From Myxococcales bacterium (lineage in GTDB: Bacteria > Myxococcota > Myxococcia > Myxococcales > Anaeromyxobacteraceae), in contig JBBQEB010000088.1 of assembly GCA_038320275.1 (NCBI GenBank), positions 1 to 15,567 on the forward strand: a DNA stretch of 15,567 bases, read 5' to 3'. The number at the start of each line of letters is the position of its first letter. The first letter of the stretch is position 1. Shown here in pieces: positions 6,721-15,565 of this stretch. The notes under the pieces are model-generated. The model ran no database searches, had not been told where the DNA came from, and saw only the letters and a program-made list of their open reading frames with translations. Made by a program: the position numbers and the translations under genes.

Positions 6721-7843
6721 CATGGCCCTCCCGCGCGCCGGGCTGCCCTCCTCGCAGCGGCGCGCCTTCGCCCACTACCCCTGGCACGTGGCGCTCCTGG
6801 TGCTCGCCATCGCCTCCATCGGCGTGTGGAACCTCGCTTCCGCCTCGCGCAGCGCGCACGCCCCGGTCTGGATCTCCCAGGTGTCCTGGATGGCGGCGGG
6901 CGGGTCGGTGGCCCTGGCCATCGGGCTCGTCGAGTACCGGCGCTTCATGCGCGGGGCCTACGTCTTCTACGCCGTCGTGCTGGTGCTCCTCGTTGCCGTG
7001 CTGCTCAAGGGGCGCGTCGTCATGGGCGCTCGCCGCTGGATCGCGTTCGGCCCGGTCAACTTCCAGCCCTCCGAGCTCGCGAAGATCGCGGTCGCGCTGG
7101 CGCTCGCGCGCTGGTTCCACATGGACGGCACCAAGCGGAAGGACGGCTACGGCCTGTGGGGCCTCGTCATCCCGGCGGCGCTCACGCTGTTGCCGGCAGC
7201 GCTCATCCTGAAGCAGCCCGACCTCGGCACCGCGCTCATCGTGGTCGCGGTGGGTGGGACCATGATCCTGTTCGCCAAGGTGCGCTGGAAGACGCTGCTG
7301 GCGGTTTTGAGCGTCGTCCTCGTGGGCGCGGTGCTCGCCTATCCGCACCTCAAGCCCTACCAGAAGAAGCGCGTCGAGACCTTCCTCGATCCCGAGGGCG
7401 ACGTGCTCGGCGCGGGCTACCACGCCACGCAGTCGATGATCGCGGTCGGTTCCGGGCAGGGAGTCGGCAAGGGCTGGGGGCAGGGGACGCAAACGCTGCT
7501 CTCGTTCCTTCCGGAGCAGCACACCGACTTCATCTTCTCCGTGTGGGCGGAGGAGCACGGCTTCGTCGGCTGCCTGCTGCTCCTCGCGCTGTACTACGCC
7601 CTCGTGGTGTCGGCGCTCGGCATCGCGGGGAACGCGCGCGACCGGTTCGGCCACTTCCTGGGCGTGGGCGTGACGGCCATGCTCTTCTGGCACGCCTTCA
7701 TCAACATGGGGATGGTGACCGGCGTCTTGCCGGTGGTGGGCGTCACCCTGCCGCTCATGAGCTACGGCGGCTCGTCCGTCCTCGTCACCATGATGGGCGT
7801 CGGCCTGCTCAACAACATCGGCATGCGGCGTTTCGTGAATTAG
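6710..7843 (+). CDS. rodA: Rod shape-determining protein RodA, SEDS peptidoglycan glycosyltransferase (about 377 aa)
   Basis: Probable GTG start at 6710 with AGGAG at 6699-6703 (alternative ATG at 6722). Motifs GARRWI, FQPSELAK, KQPDLGT, YQKKRV, GYHATQSMIAVGSG, LPEQHTDFIFS and GVTLPLMSYGGSS. Confidence 0.96.
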   Translation: MARDMALPRAGLPSSQRRAFAHYPWHVALLVLAIASIGVWNLASASRSAHAPVWISQVSWMAAGGSVALAIGLVEYRRFMRGAYVFYAVVLVLLVAVLLKGRVVMGARRWIAFGPVNFQPSELAKIAVALALARWFHMDGTKRKDGYGLWGLVIPAALTLLPAALILKQPDLGTALIVVAVGGTMILFAKVRWKTLLAVLSVVLVGAVLAYPHLKPYQKKRVETFLDPEGDVLGAGYHATQSMIAVGSGQGVGKGWGQGTQTLLSFLPEQHTDFIFSVWAEEHGFVGCLLLLALYYALVVSALGIAGNARDRFGHFLGVGVTAMLFWHAFINMGMVTGVLPVVGVTLPLMSYGGSSVLVTMMGVGLLNNIGMRRFVN

Positions 7844-7931
7844 TGCCGCGTTGCGGTCTTCGGCCGAGGGGCTTCGCCACCCGTCAGGTCGCAAGAGAGC
7901 CACGCGCGCTTCGCGCGTTGGTGTTCACCGA

Positions 7932-7959
7932 GGGCTGGAGAGCTCTGCCCTCCCAGCCC
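7932..7959. terminator. Hairpin between convergent rodA and trxA, possible bidirectional terminator
   Basis: GGGCTGG (7932-7938) pairs with CCAGCCC (7953-7959), extended by GAG/CTC. It lies 16 nt past the trxA stop and has no U-tract. Confidence 0.35.
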
Positions 7960-7975
7960 GCTCAGGACCCTTCCG

Positions 7976-8308
7976 CTATCCCAGCGCCTTCTTCACCGCA
8001 TCGACCAGCTTGGACTTCGGCACGGCGCCGACGATGGTGTCCACCACGCGACCACCCTTGAACACGAGCAGGGTCGGGATGGAGCGGATGCCGTACTTCT
8101 GCGGCACCTGCTGGTGCGTGTCGATGTCGAGCTTCCCCACCTTGAGCTTGCCCTTGTACTCGCGGGCGAGCTCGTCCACGGACGGTGCAATGGCCTTGCA
8201 GGGCCCGCACCACGTCGCCCAGAAATCCACGAGCACGGGGGTGTCGCTCTTCAGGACCTCCTGGTCGAAGGTGCTGTCCTCGAGCTGCACGACGTCGCTG
8301 GATGCCAT
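7976..8308 (-). CDS. trxA: Thioredoxin (110 aa)
   Basis: [15 protein letters not shown] active site, [15 protein letters not shown] cis-Pro motif and canonical length. Confidence 0.97.
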   Translation of the reverse strand: MASSDVVQLEDSTFDQEVLKSDTPVLVDFWATWCGPCKAIAPSVDELAREYKGKLKVGKLDIDTHQQVPQKYGIRSIPTLLVFKGGRVVDTIVGAVPKSKLVDAVKKALG

Positions 8309-8357
8309 CCTCGTTCTGTAACCGGCTCGACGCTCCCTGGCAACCCGGGCCGCCCAC

Positions 8358-8366
8358 TGCTAAACT
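8358..8366 (+). promoter_or_regulatory. Possible extended -10 element for the ccsA-like/hem operon
   Basis: TGcTAAACT matches TGnTAnnnT, 39 nt upstream of ATG 8406. The -35 candidate is weak (TGGCAA at 17-nt spacing). Confidence 0.35.
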
Positions 8367-8405
8367 GCCGCTTTCTCGCCTCTTCCAGCCCTGAGACCAC
8401 CGCTC

Positions 8406-9236
8406 ATGAGCATCGCGATCTTGAGGCTCGCCGCGGCGCTGTACGCCGCCGGGGCGGTCGCCTACATCGTCTACTTCGCCCGCCCTCGGCACGCGCGCGC
8501 GGCGTCCCTGGGATTCGCGCTCGTGGCGGCCGGCTTCGTCGCGCACGGCGTGTCCATCGGCTTTGCCTGCAACGAGCGGGGCGGGGCCGAGTTCTTCAAC
8601 CTGCGGGGCGGGTTCGGCATGCTGGGGTTCCTGGGGGCGGGCGCGTTCCTGCTCCTGCAGCGGGTCTACGCGATGCCGACGGTGGGCGCCTTCGTGGTGC
8701 CGCTCGCGGTGATGGCCGTCATCCCGGGGATCTTCGGCCTCGGGCCGGACAAGCGCGGCGCCATCCCCAGCGTCATTCGCTTGCCGGTGCTGAAGCTCCA
8801 CATCTCCACCGCCACCGGTGGGGTGGCGCTCTTCGCCATCGCCTTCGGCGTGGCGCTCATGTACCTGCTCCAGGAGCGGGAGGTGAAGGGCAAGCGGTTC
8901 GGGGCGCTGTTCTCCCGCCTGCCGTCTCTCGACGCGCTCGACAACCTGAACCAGCGCCTGGTGCGAGTCGGGTTCGCGGTCTACTCGGTCGCGCTCGTCA
9001 CCGGCGCGGTGGTGGCCAAGAACGCCTGGGGCAGCTTCTGGGCGTGGGACCCGCAGCAGATCTCCTCGCTGAGCGTGTGGCTCCTCTACGGCGCCATGGT
9101 CCAGATGCACCACATGGGCGTGCACGGCCGCAAGTACGCCATCCTCACCCTGGCCGGCTTCGCGCTCGTGCTGGGCTCCATGCTCGCCCTCGGCGCGGTG
9201 CCGAACGCGACGCGGCACGGGGGCACCTTCCAGTGA
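8406..9236 (+). CDS. Cytochrome c assembly (CcsA/HemX/YpjD-like) family membrane protein (276 aa)
   Basis: About 8 hydrophobic segments, conserved His in LKLHIS, YLLQEREx[10 protein letters not shown] motif, Trp-rich WGSFWAWDP motif and a C-terminal His. Its stop overlaps the hemA start. Confidence 0.85.
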   Translation: MSIAILRLAAALYAAGAVAYIVYFARPRHARAASLGFALVAAGFVAHGVSIGFACNERGGAEFFNLRGGFGMLGFLGAGAFLLLQRVYAMPTVGAFVVPLAVMAVIPGIFGLGPDKRGAIPSVIRLPVLKLHISTATGGVALFAIAFGVALMYLLQEREVKGKRFGALFSRLPSLDALDNLNQRLVRVGFAVYSVALVTGAVVAKNAWGSFWAWDPQQISSLSVWLLYGAMVQMHHMGVHGRKYAILTLAGFALVLGSMLALGAVPNATRHGGTFQ

Positions 9237-10546
9237 GCGAGCTGTTCCTGGTCGGCCTCTCGCACCACTCCGCGCCGATCGCTGTACGCGAGCAGGTGGC
9301 GCTCTCGGGGGAGGCCCTCAAGGCGGCGCTGACGGGCTTGCGCTCGCGCCCGGACGTTCGCGAAGCCATGGTCATCTCCACCTGCAACCGGGTGGAGGTG
9401 CTCGTCCATGCCGAGGGGCCGGAGCCGGCGAGGGGCTTCTTCCTCGATCGGGCGAGCGACGCGGACGGGCACCTCTACGAGCGGTCGGGCGAGGAGGCGG
9501 TCCGGCACCTGTTCCGGGTGGCCGCGAGCCTCGACTCCATGGTGATCGGCGAGCAGCAGATCCTCGGCCAGGTGAAGGAGGCGTATGGGCTCGCCAGCGC
9601 GGCGCAGTCGGCCGGGCCGCTCATCTCCCGCCTCTGCAACCGGGCCTTCGCCACCGCCAAGCGGGTCCGCACCGAGACGGACATCGGGCGCGGCGCGAGC
9701 TCCGTCTCCCAGGTGGCGGTGGAGCTCGTCGCCAAGATCTTCGGCCGGCTGGAGGGGCGTGCCGTGCTGCTGGTGGGCGCGGGGAAGATGGGCGCCTTGT
9801 CGGCGAAGGCGCTCGCGTCGCTGGGCGCCGACCGGGTGCTCGTCACCAACCGCTCCGCCGAGCGGGCCACCGCGCTGGCCGCGCAGACGGGTGGCTTCGC
9901 GCGGGACTGGGCGGAGCTCCCCAAGCTCATGGTGGAGGCCGACGTGGTCATCGTCTCGACCGGCGCTCCCACCTACGTCGTCACGCTGGAGAGCGCCCAG
10001 GTCACCATGAAGACCCGGCGCCAGCGCTCCATCTGCCTCATCGACCTCGCCGTGCCCCGCAACGTCGATCCGCGCTGCTCGGGCCTCTCGAACGTGTACG
10101 CCTACGACGTCGACGACCTGCAGCGGCTGGTTCACGCCACCCACTCCTCGCGCGCCGAGCAGGCCGTCCGGGGCGAGGCGATCGTGGAGGCCGAGGTCAT
10201 GGCCTTCGCTGCCGAGCGGGAGACGCGGGCCGCCCTTCCCGTGCTGGCGGCGCTCCGCCGGCGCGCCGAGGAGATCGCGGTCGCCGAGGCGCAGCGCACG
10301 CTGGCGCACATGGGCGAGAAGCTCGATGCCCGAGGCCGGCAGAGCGTCGAGGCCATGGCCAAGGCCATCGTCAACAAGCTGCTGCACGGGCCCACTGCTC
10401 GCCTCAAGGAGGCCGCCTCGAGCGGTGACAGCGCGCTGCCGGGCGCGGCCGCCGAGCTGTTCGGCCTCGATCGTGAAACCCGCGCCGCCCCGGCGGAGGC
10501 CGACCGCCCTCCCGCCGACGTGGTGGCGATCTCGGAGAAGAGATGA
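9233..10546 (+). CDS. hemA: Glutamyl-tRNA reductase (437 aa)
   Basis: The true start is GTG at 9233 (GTGA overlap), not the ORF-track start at 8114. Motifs [21 protein letters not shown] (catalytic Cys), [38 protein letters not shown] and NKLLHGP. Confidence 0.97.
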   Translation: MSELFLVGLSHHSAPIAVREQVALSGEALKAALTGLRSRPDVREAMVISTCNRVEVLVHAEGPEPARGFFLDRASDADGHLYERSGEEAVRHLFRVAASLDSMVIGEQQILGQVKEAYGLASAAQSAGPLISRLCNRAFATAKRVRTETDIGRGASSVSQVAVELVAKIFGRLEGRAVLLVGAGKMGALSAKALASLGADRVLVTNRSAERATALAAQTGGFARDWAELPKLMVEADVVIVSTGAPTYVVTLESAQVTMKTRRQRSICLIDLAVPRNVDPRCSGLSNVYAYDVDDLQRLVHATHSSRAEQAVRGEAIVEAEVMAFAAERETRAALPVLAALRRRAEEIAVAEAQRTLAHMGEKLDARGRQSVEAMAKAIVNKLLHGPTARLKEAASSGDSALPGAAAELFGLDRETRAAPAEADRPPADVVAISEKR

Positions 10547-11475
10547 TCCGCATCGCGACCCGCAAGAGCCCGCTCGCCAAGTGGCAGGCCCACCACGTCG
10601 CCGGCCTCCTTCGCGGGCGCGAGCCGGGGCTGGAGGTCCGCCTGCACGAGCTCGTCACCAAGGGTGACAAGATCCTCGACGTCGCCCTGGCGCAGGTGGG
10701 GGGCAAGGGGCTCTTCGTGAAGGAGATCGAGGAGGCGCTCCTCTCGCGGGAGGCGGAGATCGCGGTGCACTCGATGAAGGACCTCCCGGCGAGCCTCGCC
10801 GACGGGCTCGTGCTCGGGGCGGTGCCGGAGCGCGAGGACCCGCGGGACGCGCTCTGCGCCCGATCGGCGAAGGCGCTCGACGACCTTCCCCGAGGCGCGC
10901 GTGTGGGCACCTCCAGCCTGCGCCGCGCGGCACAGCTCAGGGCGCTGCGTCCCGACCTCGTCATCGACACCATCCGCGGCAACGTCGAGACGCGGCTGCG
11001 CAAGGTCCACGAGGGCTTCGACGCGGTGGTGCTCGCCTACGCCGGCCTGAAGCGTCTGGGCCTCGACGCCCACGTGAGCTACCTCTTCGATCCGGGCGAG
11101 ATGCTCCCGGCCGTCGCGCAGGGCGCGCTCGCGCTCGAGGCCCGCGCCGACGATCCGCATACCCTGGCCCGCCTGGCGCCGCTGGAGCACCTGCCCACCC
11201 GCCAGCGCGTCGAGGCCGAGCGGGGGCTCCTGCGACGCCTGGAGGGGGGCTGCCAGGTGCCCATCGCCGCCCATGCCACGGTGGAGGGAGGCCGCGTCCA
11301 CCTGCGCGCCCTCGTGTCGTCCCTCGACGGCCAGCGGCTGGTGCGCGGCGAGCGCTCCGGGCCCGGGGAGGACGCGCGGGCGCTGGGCGAGGCGCTCGGC
11401 GACGAACTGCTCTCCCGGGGAGCGGGCGCCATCCTGGGCGAGCTGGAGGGTGCCTCGGCGCCCGTGGTTCACTGA
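10543..11475 (+). CDS. hemC: Hydroxymethylbilane synthase (porphobilinogen deaminase, 310 aa)
   Basis: ATGA overlap with hemA. Motifs [42 protein letters not shown] and LEGGCQVPI (cofactor Cys). Confidence 0.97.
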   Translation: MIRIATRKSPLAKWQAHHVAGLLRGREPGLEVRLHELVTKGDKILDVALAQVGGKGLFVKEIEEALLSREAEIAVHSMKDLPASLADGLVLGAVPEREDPRDALCARSAKALDDLPRGARVGTSSLRRAAQLRALRPDLVIDTIRGNVETRLRKVHEGFDAVVLAYAGLKRLGLDAHVSYLFDPGEMLPAVAQGALALEARADDPHTLARLAPLEHLPTRQRVEAERGLLRRLEGGCQVPIAAHATVEGGRVHLRALVSSLDGQRLVRGERSGPGEDARALGEALGDELLSRGAGAILGELEGASAPVVH

Positions 11476-11481
11476 CCTCCG

Positions 11482-12258
11482 ATGCCGTCCCTCACCGGCC
11501 GGCGCATCGCGCTCACCCGCGCCCGCATCGGCGACGACGCCCTCGCCACCCGCCTTCGCGCGCTCGGGGCGGAGCTCCTCGAGACGCCCGCCATCTCCGT
11601 CGGCCCGCCTTCCTCCTGGCACGAGCTCGACAGGGCGCTGCTCGACCTCGACCGCTTCGACTGGGTGGCCTTCGCCAGTGCCAACGGCGTGGAGAGCACG
11701 GTTGCCCGGGCCGGTGCGCTGGGGATCGCCCCGGCAGCGCTGGGCAGGGCTCGCCTGGCCGCGGTGGGAGCCGCGACCGGCAGGCGCCTCGCGCAGCTCG
11801 TCCGCGCACCGGAGGTCGTGCCGCATGGAGCGAGCGGGGCAGCGCTCGCGGAAGCGCTCGCGGGCCAGGTCCGCGGGAAGCGCGTGCTGGTCCCGCGCGC
11901 CGAGGATGGACGCCCGGAGCTCGCGCAGGGACTTGCGGAAGCCGGGGCGCAGGTGGAATCGCCCGCCGCGTACCGCACCGCGCTGGCGCCCGCTGCGTCC
12001 TTGAGCGCCCTCCGCCAGGCGGTCGTGTCGGGCGCGCTCGACGCCGTCGTCTTCGCCTCGCCCTCCGCGGTCCGCGGCGTACTGGCGGCGTTGGAGGAGG
12101 ACCGCGTGGCGCTAGGCGAGGTGGTCATCGCGGCCATCGGCCTCACGACCGCCGCCGAGCTTCGCGCGCACGGCCTCGAAGCGGACGTTCTTCCCGCTCG
12201 CGCCGGCGCCACGGAGCTCGCGGACGCGCTCGCGGCGCACTTCGTCGCCCGAGGCTGA
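11482..12258 (+). CDS. hemD: Uroporphyrinogen-III synthase (258 aa)
   Basis: Motifs LTGRRIALTR, DWVAFASANGV, AAVGAAT, VLVPRAE, AYRT, FASPSAV and AAIGLTTA. Lies directly after hemC. Confidence 0.92.
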   Translation: MPSLTGRRIALTRARIGDDALATRLRALGAELLETPAISVGPPSSWHELDRALLDLDRFDWVAFASANGVESTVARAGALGIAPAALGRARLAAVGAATGRRLAQLVRAPEVVPHGASGAALAEALAGQVRGKRVLVPRAEDGRPELAQGLAEAGAQVESPAAYRTALAPAASLSALRQAVVSGALDAVVFASPSAVRGVLAALEEDRVALGEVVIAAIGLTTAAELRAHGLEADVLPARAGATELADALAAHFVARG

Positions 12259-12288
12259 GCGTCCCCTCCATCCGCGGCTTTTCGGCGA

Positions 12289-12319
12289 CGGGCTCCGGAG
12301 CGGGCCGCGATGGAGCCCG
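12289..12319 (+). terminator. Stem-loop downstream of hemD, possible terminator
   Basis: CGGGCTCC (12289-12296) pairs with GGAGCCCG (12312-12319). No following U-tract. Confidence 0.25.
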
Positions 12320-12487
12320 CGCACGGACAGGCTTTCGTCGGGCCATCGCGGGGACGCTTCCCGCCCCTTCGCCGCGCTGCGTAGCGACGGGGCCGGTGGA
12401 CGGGCGCATGCTCAGCCCTGGCACCTGCGGTGACGTCCCTGAGCGGCCAAGAAGGAGAGCTCCCTGAGGCAGGCGCGCGCCGTCCCC

Positions 12488-15013
12488 ATGGCCGAAAGGC
12501 GCGGGCTCACCCGCCGGGCCGCGCAGCTCTTGCTCGGGCCCTCGCGCCCGCCAGCCGCCCAGCGCTATGGCGCGGCGCTCCTCCTCGTCGCCGTCGCCGC
12601 TCTCGCAGGAGGGCTCCTCCGCGACGGGCTCGCGCCCTTCCGCGTGCTCGCCTTCCTGAGCGCGGTCACGCTCGCCACCCTGCGCGGCGGCACGGCGCCC
12701 GGGCTCCTCGCGGTCGCCCTCAGCGCCGCCGCGGCCCAGGGACTCTCCGCCTGGGCTCCGCCGCAGAGCGGTGAGACGCAGGCGCATCAACTCCTGTTCT
12801 TCGCCGGATTCGCGGCGCTCAACGTCTGGGTCGCCGCGACGCTGCGCGCCTCCTACCGCCATTCGCACCTGCGCCGCCGCCGGGCGGAGGCCGCCGCGGA
12901 CGAGCAGCGCATCGCGGCCCGCCTCGGGATGAAGGCGCTGGCCGACGGCGACGTCGACGCGCTGCTCGCCGAGACCCTCGAGGCGGTGCAGGAGGCGCTG
13001 CGCTGTGACTCGGTGACGCTGCTCGAGCTCACGCCCGACGGCGAGGCCTTTCGCCTGCGCAGGTCGGTGGGGCTCGGCTCCGAGCTGCACGAAGCCCGTT
13101 TCACGCGTCAGGAGGTGCCGCTCGCCTTCGCGACGCTCGCCCGGCGCGAACCGCTCCTCGCCGACGATCTCTCGCGAGAACCGGAGCTGGGCGGCGAGCT
13201 CCTGAAGCACGGGATCGTCTCGACCGTGGCCGCGCCCATCCTCGCCCAAGGGCCTGGAGGGCAGCCCTTCGGCGTCCTCGCCGCGCACAGCCGCTCCCGG
13301 CGCAGGTTCAAGGCGAGTGGCGCAAACCTCCTCCAGACCGCCGCCAACGTGGTGGGGACGGCCATCCTGCGCCTCGCCACCGAGGATCGCATGCGGGATC
13401 ACCTCGCCTCGCTGCGCGGGATCACCGCCAGCCTCGCAGAGGGCGTCTGCGCAGTGGACAGGTCCGGCACCTTGACCTTCGTGAACCCGGCCGCCCGCGC
13501 GCTGTCCGGTTGGAGTGAGGACGAGCTGCTGGGACGTTCACTCAACGCGACGCTCGGGCCGCGCTCGCCCGACGGCCCGCGCGGGCGCGACCGCTGCCCG
13601 GTCCTCGGCGTCATCCGCACCGGTGAGCCGGTGCGCTCGCAGGAGGAGGGAATCTCCCGCAGCGACGGGACTGTGGTGCCGGTGTCCTACACGGCCTCGG
13701 CGCTCTGGCAGGACGGTCGGGTGGTGGGCGCCGTCCTGGCGTTCCAGGACTTCACCGAGCACGTCCGTGCGGAGCGCGCCGAACGCTTTCTCGCCGAGGC
13801 CGGCCGGCAGCTCGCCCTGTCCATCGACTGGGAGGTGACGCTGAAGAGGGTGGCGCGGCTCGCCCTGCCCGTCCTCGGCAACTGGTCGCTGGTGGTGGTG
13901 CTCGGCCCGGACGGCAAGCCGCGCAGCGTGGCGGCGGAGACGGATGACCCCAGCCGCGAGGGCGCGGTAGCGGATCTCCTGGCGCACTACCCGGTGGACC
14001 TGGAGGCGCCGCACGGCGTGGGGCGCATCCTCCGGACGGGAGAGGCCGAGCTGTTGCGGGAGAGCGACGTGGAGAGCTTCGTCGGCGAAGGGGCGGACGC
14101 GGCGCTCCGCCGTAAGCTCCTGCGCAGGCTGGGCCTCATGTCGTACCTGGGCGCGCCGCTGGAGATCGGCGGCCGCGTGGTGGGCGCCATCGCGTTCGGG
14201 CTGTGGGAGGGGAGGCGCCACTACGGCGCCGACGACCTCGCCCTCGCGACGGAGCTCGCCCGGCGCTGTGCGGTCGCGCTTGCGAATGCCCGCCTTTACC
14301 AGGCAGCGCAGGACGCGACGCGGGTGCGGGAGGAGGTGATGGCGGTCGTCTCGCACGACCTCAAGACTCCGCTGGCGGCGCTCCTCCTCGGCGCGCAGAA
14401 CGTGGGGAGACTGGCGCCAGCGGGATCCGCCGGGGACGAGCTTCGCCGCTCGGGAGCCGCCGTGCGCCGGACCGCCGAGCGCATGGGCCGGCTCATCCAC
14501 GACCTGGTGGACTTCGGGAGCCTGGAGGCTGGGCGGCTGTCGATGAACCTCGCCCCGGCGGACGGGGCAGCCGTCGCGCGAGAGGCGCTGGAGGCGATGG
14601 CGGGCCTGGCGACGGAGCGCGGCGTCGCGCTCGCGCTCGACGCGCCGTCTCGCGTGCCGGTGGTCTGTGACCCTCACCGGCTGACGCAGGCTCTCCACAA
14701 CCTGCTCGCGAACGCGCTGCACGTGACCTCCGAGGGCGGCGAGGTCACCCTTCGCGTGGTCGCGGCCGAGGGGAGCTCCACGCTCACGGTGGCCGACTCC
14801 GGACCGGGCATCCCCGAGGACGAGCTCCCGCACATCTTCGAGCGCTGGTACCGCGGCTCGCGCGCGGCCTATGCAGGCTCGGGGCTGGGCCTCGCCATCG
14901 TGCGGGGCATCGTGGAGGCGCACGGGGGGCGGGTGTGGGTGGAGAGCGCGCCTGGACGAGGGAGCGCGTTCCACGTCGCCCTGCCGAGCGCGCCGGCCTC
15001 CGTCGAGACCTAG
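12488..15013 (+). CDS. Sensor histidine kinase: N-terminal membrane domain (DUF4118-like), GAF, PAS, GAF, HisKA, HATPase_c (841 aa)
   Basis: About 4 N-terminal TM segments. GAF (APIL..PFGVLAAHS..LLQTAANVVG), PAS (EGVCAVDRSGTLTFVNPAA..GWSEDELLGR..DGTVVPV..GAVLAFQD) and a second GAF (SYLGAPL..VVGAI..DDLALATELARR). H-box VSHDLKTPL, N-box NLLANAL, G1 DSGPGIP, G2 GSGLGLAIV. Confidence 0.93.
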   Translation: MAERRGLTRRAAQLLLGPSRPPAAQRYGAALLLVAVAALAGGLLRDGLAPFRVLAFLSAVTLATLRGGTAPGLLAVALSAAAAQGLSAWAPPQSGETQAHQLLFFAGFAALNVWVAATLRASYRHSHLRRRRAEAAADEQRIAARLGMKALADGDVDALLAETLEAVQEALRCDSVTLLELTPDGEAFRLRRSVGLGSELHEARFTRQEVPLAFATLARREPLLADDLSREPELGGELLKHGIVSTVAAPILAQGPGGQPFGVLAAHSRSRRRFKASGANLLQTAANVVGTAILRLATEDRMRDHLASLRGITASLAEGVCAVDRSGTLTFVNPAARALSGWSEDELLGRSLNATLGPRSPDGPRGRDRCPVLGVIRTGEPVRSQEEGISRSDGTVVPVSYTASALWQDGRVVGAVLAFQDFTEHVRAERAERFLAEAGRQLALSIDWEVTLKRVARLALPVLGNWSLVVVLGPDGKPRSVAAETDDPSREGAVADLLAHYPVDLEAPHGVGRILRTGEAELLRESDVESFVGEGADAALRRKLLRRLGLMSYLGAPLEIGGRVVGAIAFGLWEGRRHYGADDLALATELARRCAVALANARLYQAAQDATRVREEVMAVVSHDLKTPLAALLLGAQNVGRLAPAGSAGDELRRSGAAVRRTAERMGRLIHDLVDFGSLEAGRLSMNLAPADGAAVAREALEAMAGLATERGVALALDAPSRVPVVCDPHRLTQALHNLLANALHVTSEGGEVTLRVVAAEGSSTLTVADSGPGIPEDELPHIFERWYRGSRAAYAGSGLGLAIVRGIVEAHGGRVWVESAPGRGSAFHVALPSAPASVET

Positions 15014-15043
15014 AGCGGAGCTGTGAAGCATCGAGGTTCCCCC

Positions 15044-15065
15044 GGGTTGGCGAACGGCCCGACCC
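15044..15065 (+). terminator. Hairpin between the kinase and DUF4265-like genes
   Basis: GGGTTGG (15044-15050) pairs with CCGACCC (15059-15065) with one G-U pair. No U-tract. Confidence 0.2.
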
Positions 15066-15097
15066 TCGTCTAGGATCGCGCCAGCGTCGGAGGACGG

Positions 15098-15565
15098 ATG
15101 AGCGAGGCGGAGACGCCGGGGGGGTACGTCCGGCTGCTGGTGCCGCTGGAGCGCGAGCCCGGCGGCGAGGGGCCCGAAGACGAGTGGCTGTGGGCGGAGC
15201 CGCTCGGGTCGTGCCGATTCCGCGTGGAGAGCACGCCCTTCTTCGCCTACGGGCTCTCGCACGGCGACGTCGTGCTCGGCGCCGAAGCCGGGGAGATGCC
15301 GCGGCTCGAGGCGGTGGAGCGCAAGGGCGGGCACCGCACGCTGCGGGTGGCGCTCGACGCCGATTGGGAGCTCGAGCGCCCCGAGATCGCGAAGTTCCTC
15401 GACGAGCTCCTCGGGCTGGGCTGCACCTATGAGGCGATGCCCCCCAAGATCGTGGCGCTCGACGTGCCGGGCGAGGTGGAGGTCGGCGCCGTCATCGCGC
15501 GTCTACAGACGCAGTTTCGAGACGGGGTCCTGGTGTGGGAGTGGGCGGATCCTCGACCGTCATAG
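15098..15565 (+). CDS. DUF4265-like protein of unknown function (155 aa)
   Basis: GGAGG at 15089-15093. The pattern EWLWAE..FRVESTPFFAYGLSHGDVV..GGHRTLRV..LGCTYE..ALDVP..WEWA is recognised from memory as DUF4265. Confidence 0.75.
   Translation: MSEAETPGGYVRLLVPLEREPGGEGPEDEWLWAEPLGSCRFRVESTPFFAYGLSHGDVVLGAEAGEMPRLEAVERKGGHRTLRVALDADWELERPEIAKFLDELLGLGCTYEAMPPKIVALDVPGEVEVGAVIARLQTQFRDGVLVWEWADPRPS

Noticed and set aside
4342..6723. 793-aa antisense ORF over mrdA, and similar long shadow ORFs (6467-7903, 9086-10387, 10132-11826, 13538-15334 on -; 756-1538, 2447-3955, 5673-7211 on +)
   Set aside because: They overlap well-supported genes, carry no recognisable motifs, and are expected from stop-codon scarcity and codon bias in very GC-rich DNA.
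8337..8360. Possible sigma54 promoter (CTGGCA...TGC)
   Set aside because: The GG to GC spacing is far longer than the required -24/-12 geometry.
8114..9232. Apparent 373-aa N-terminal extension making HemA an 810-aa fusion
   Set aside because: The extension is Arg/Gly/Ala-rich off-frame translation across trxA and the ccsA-like gene. HemA homology starts at GTG 9233, which overlaps the upstream stop.
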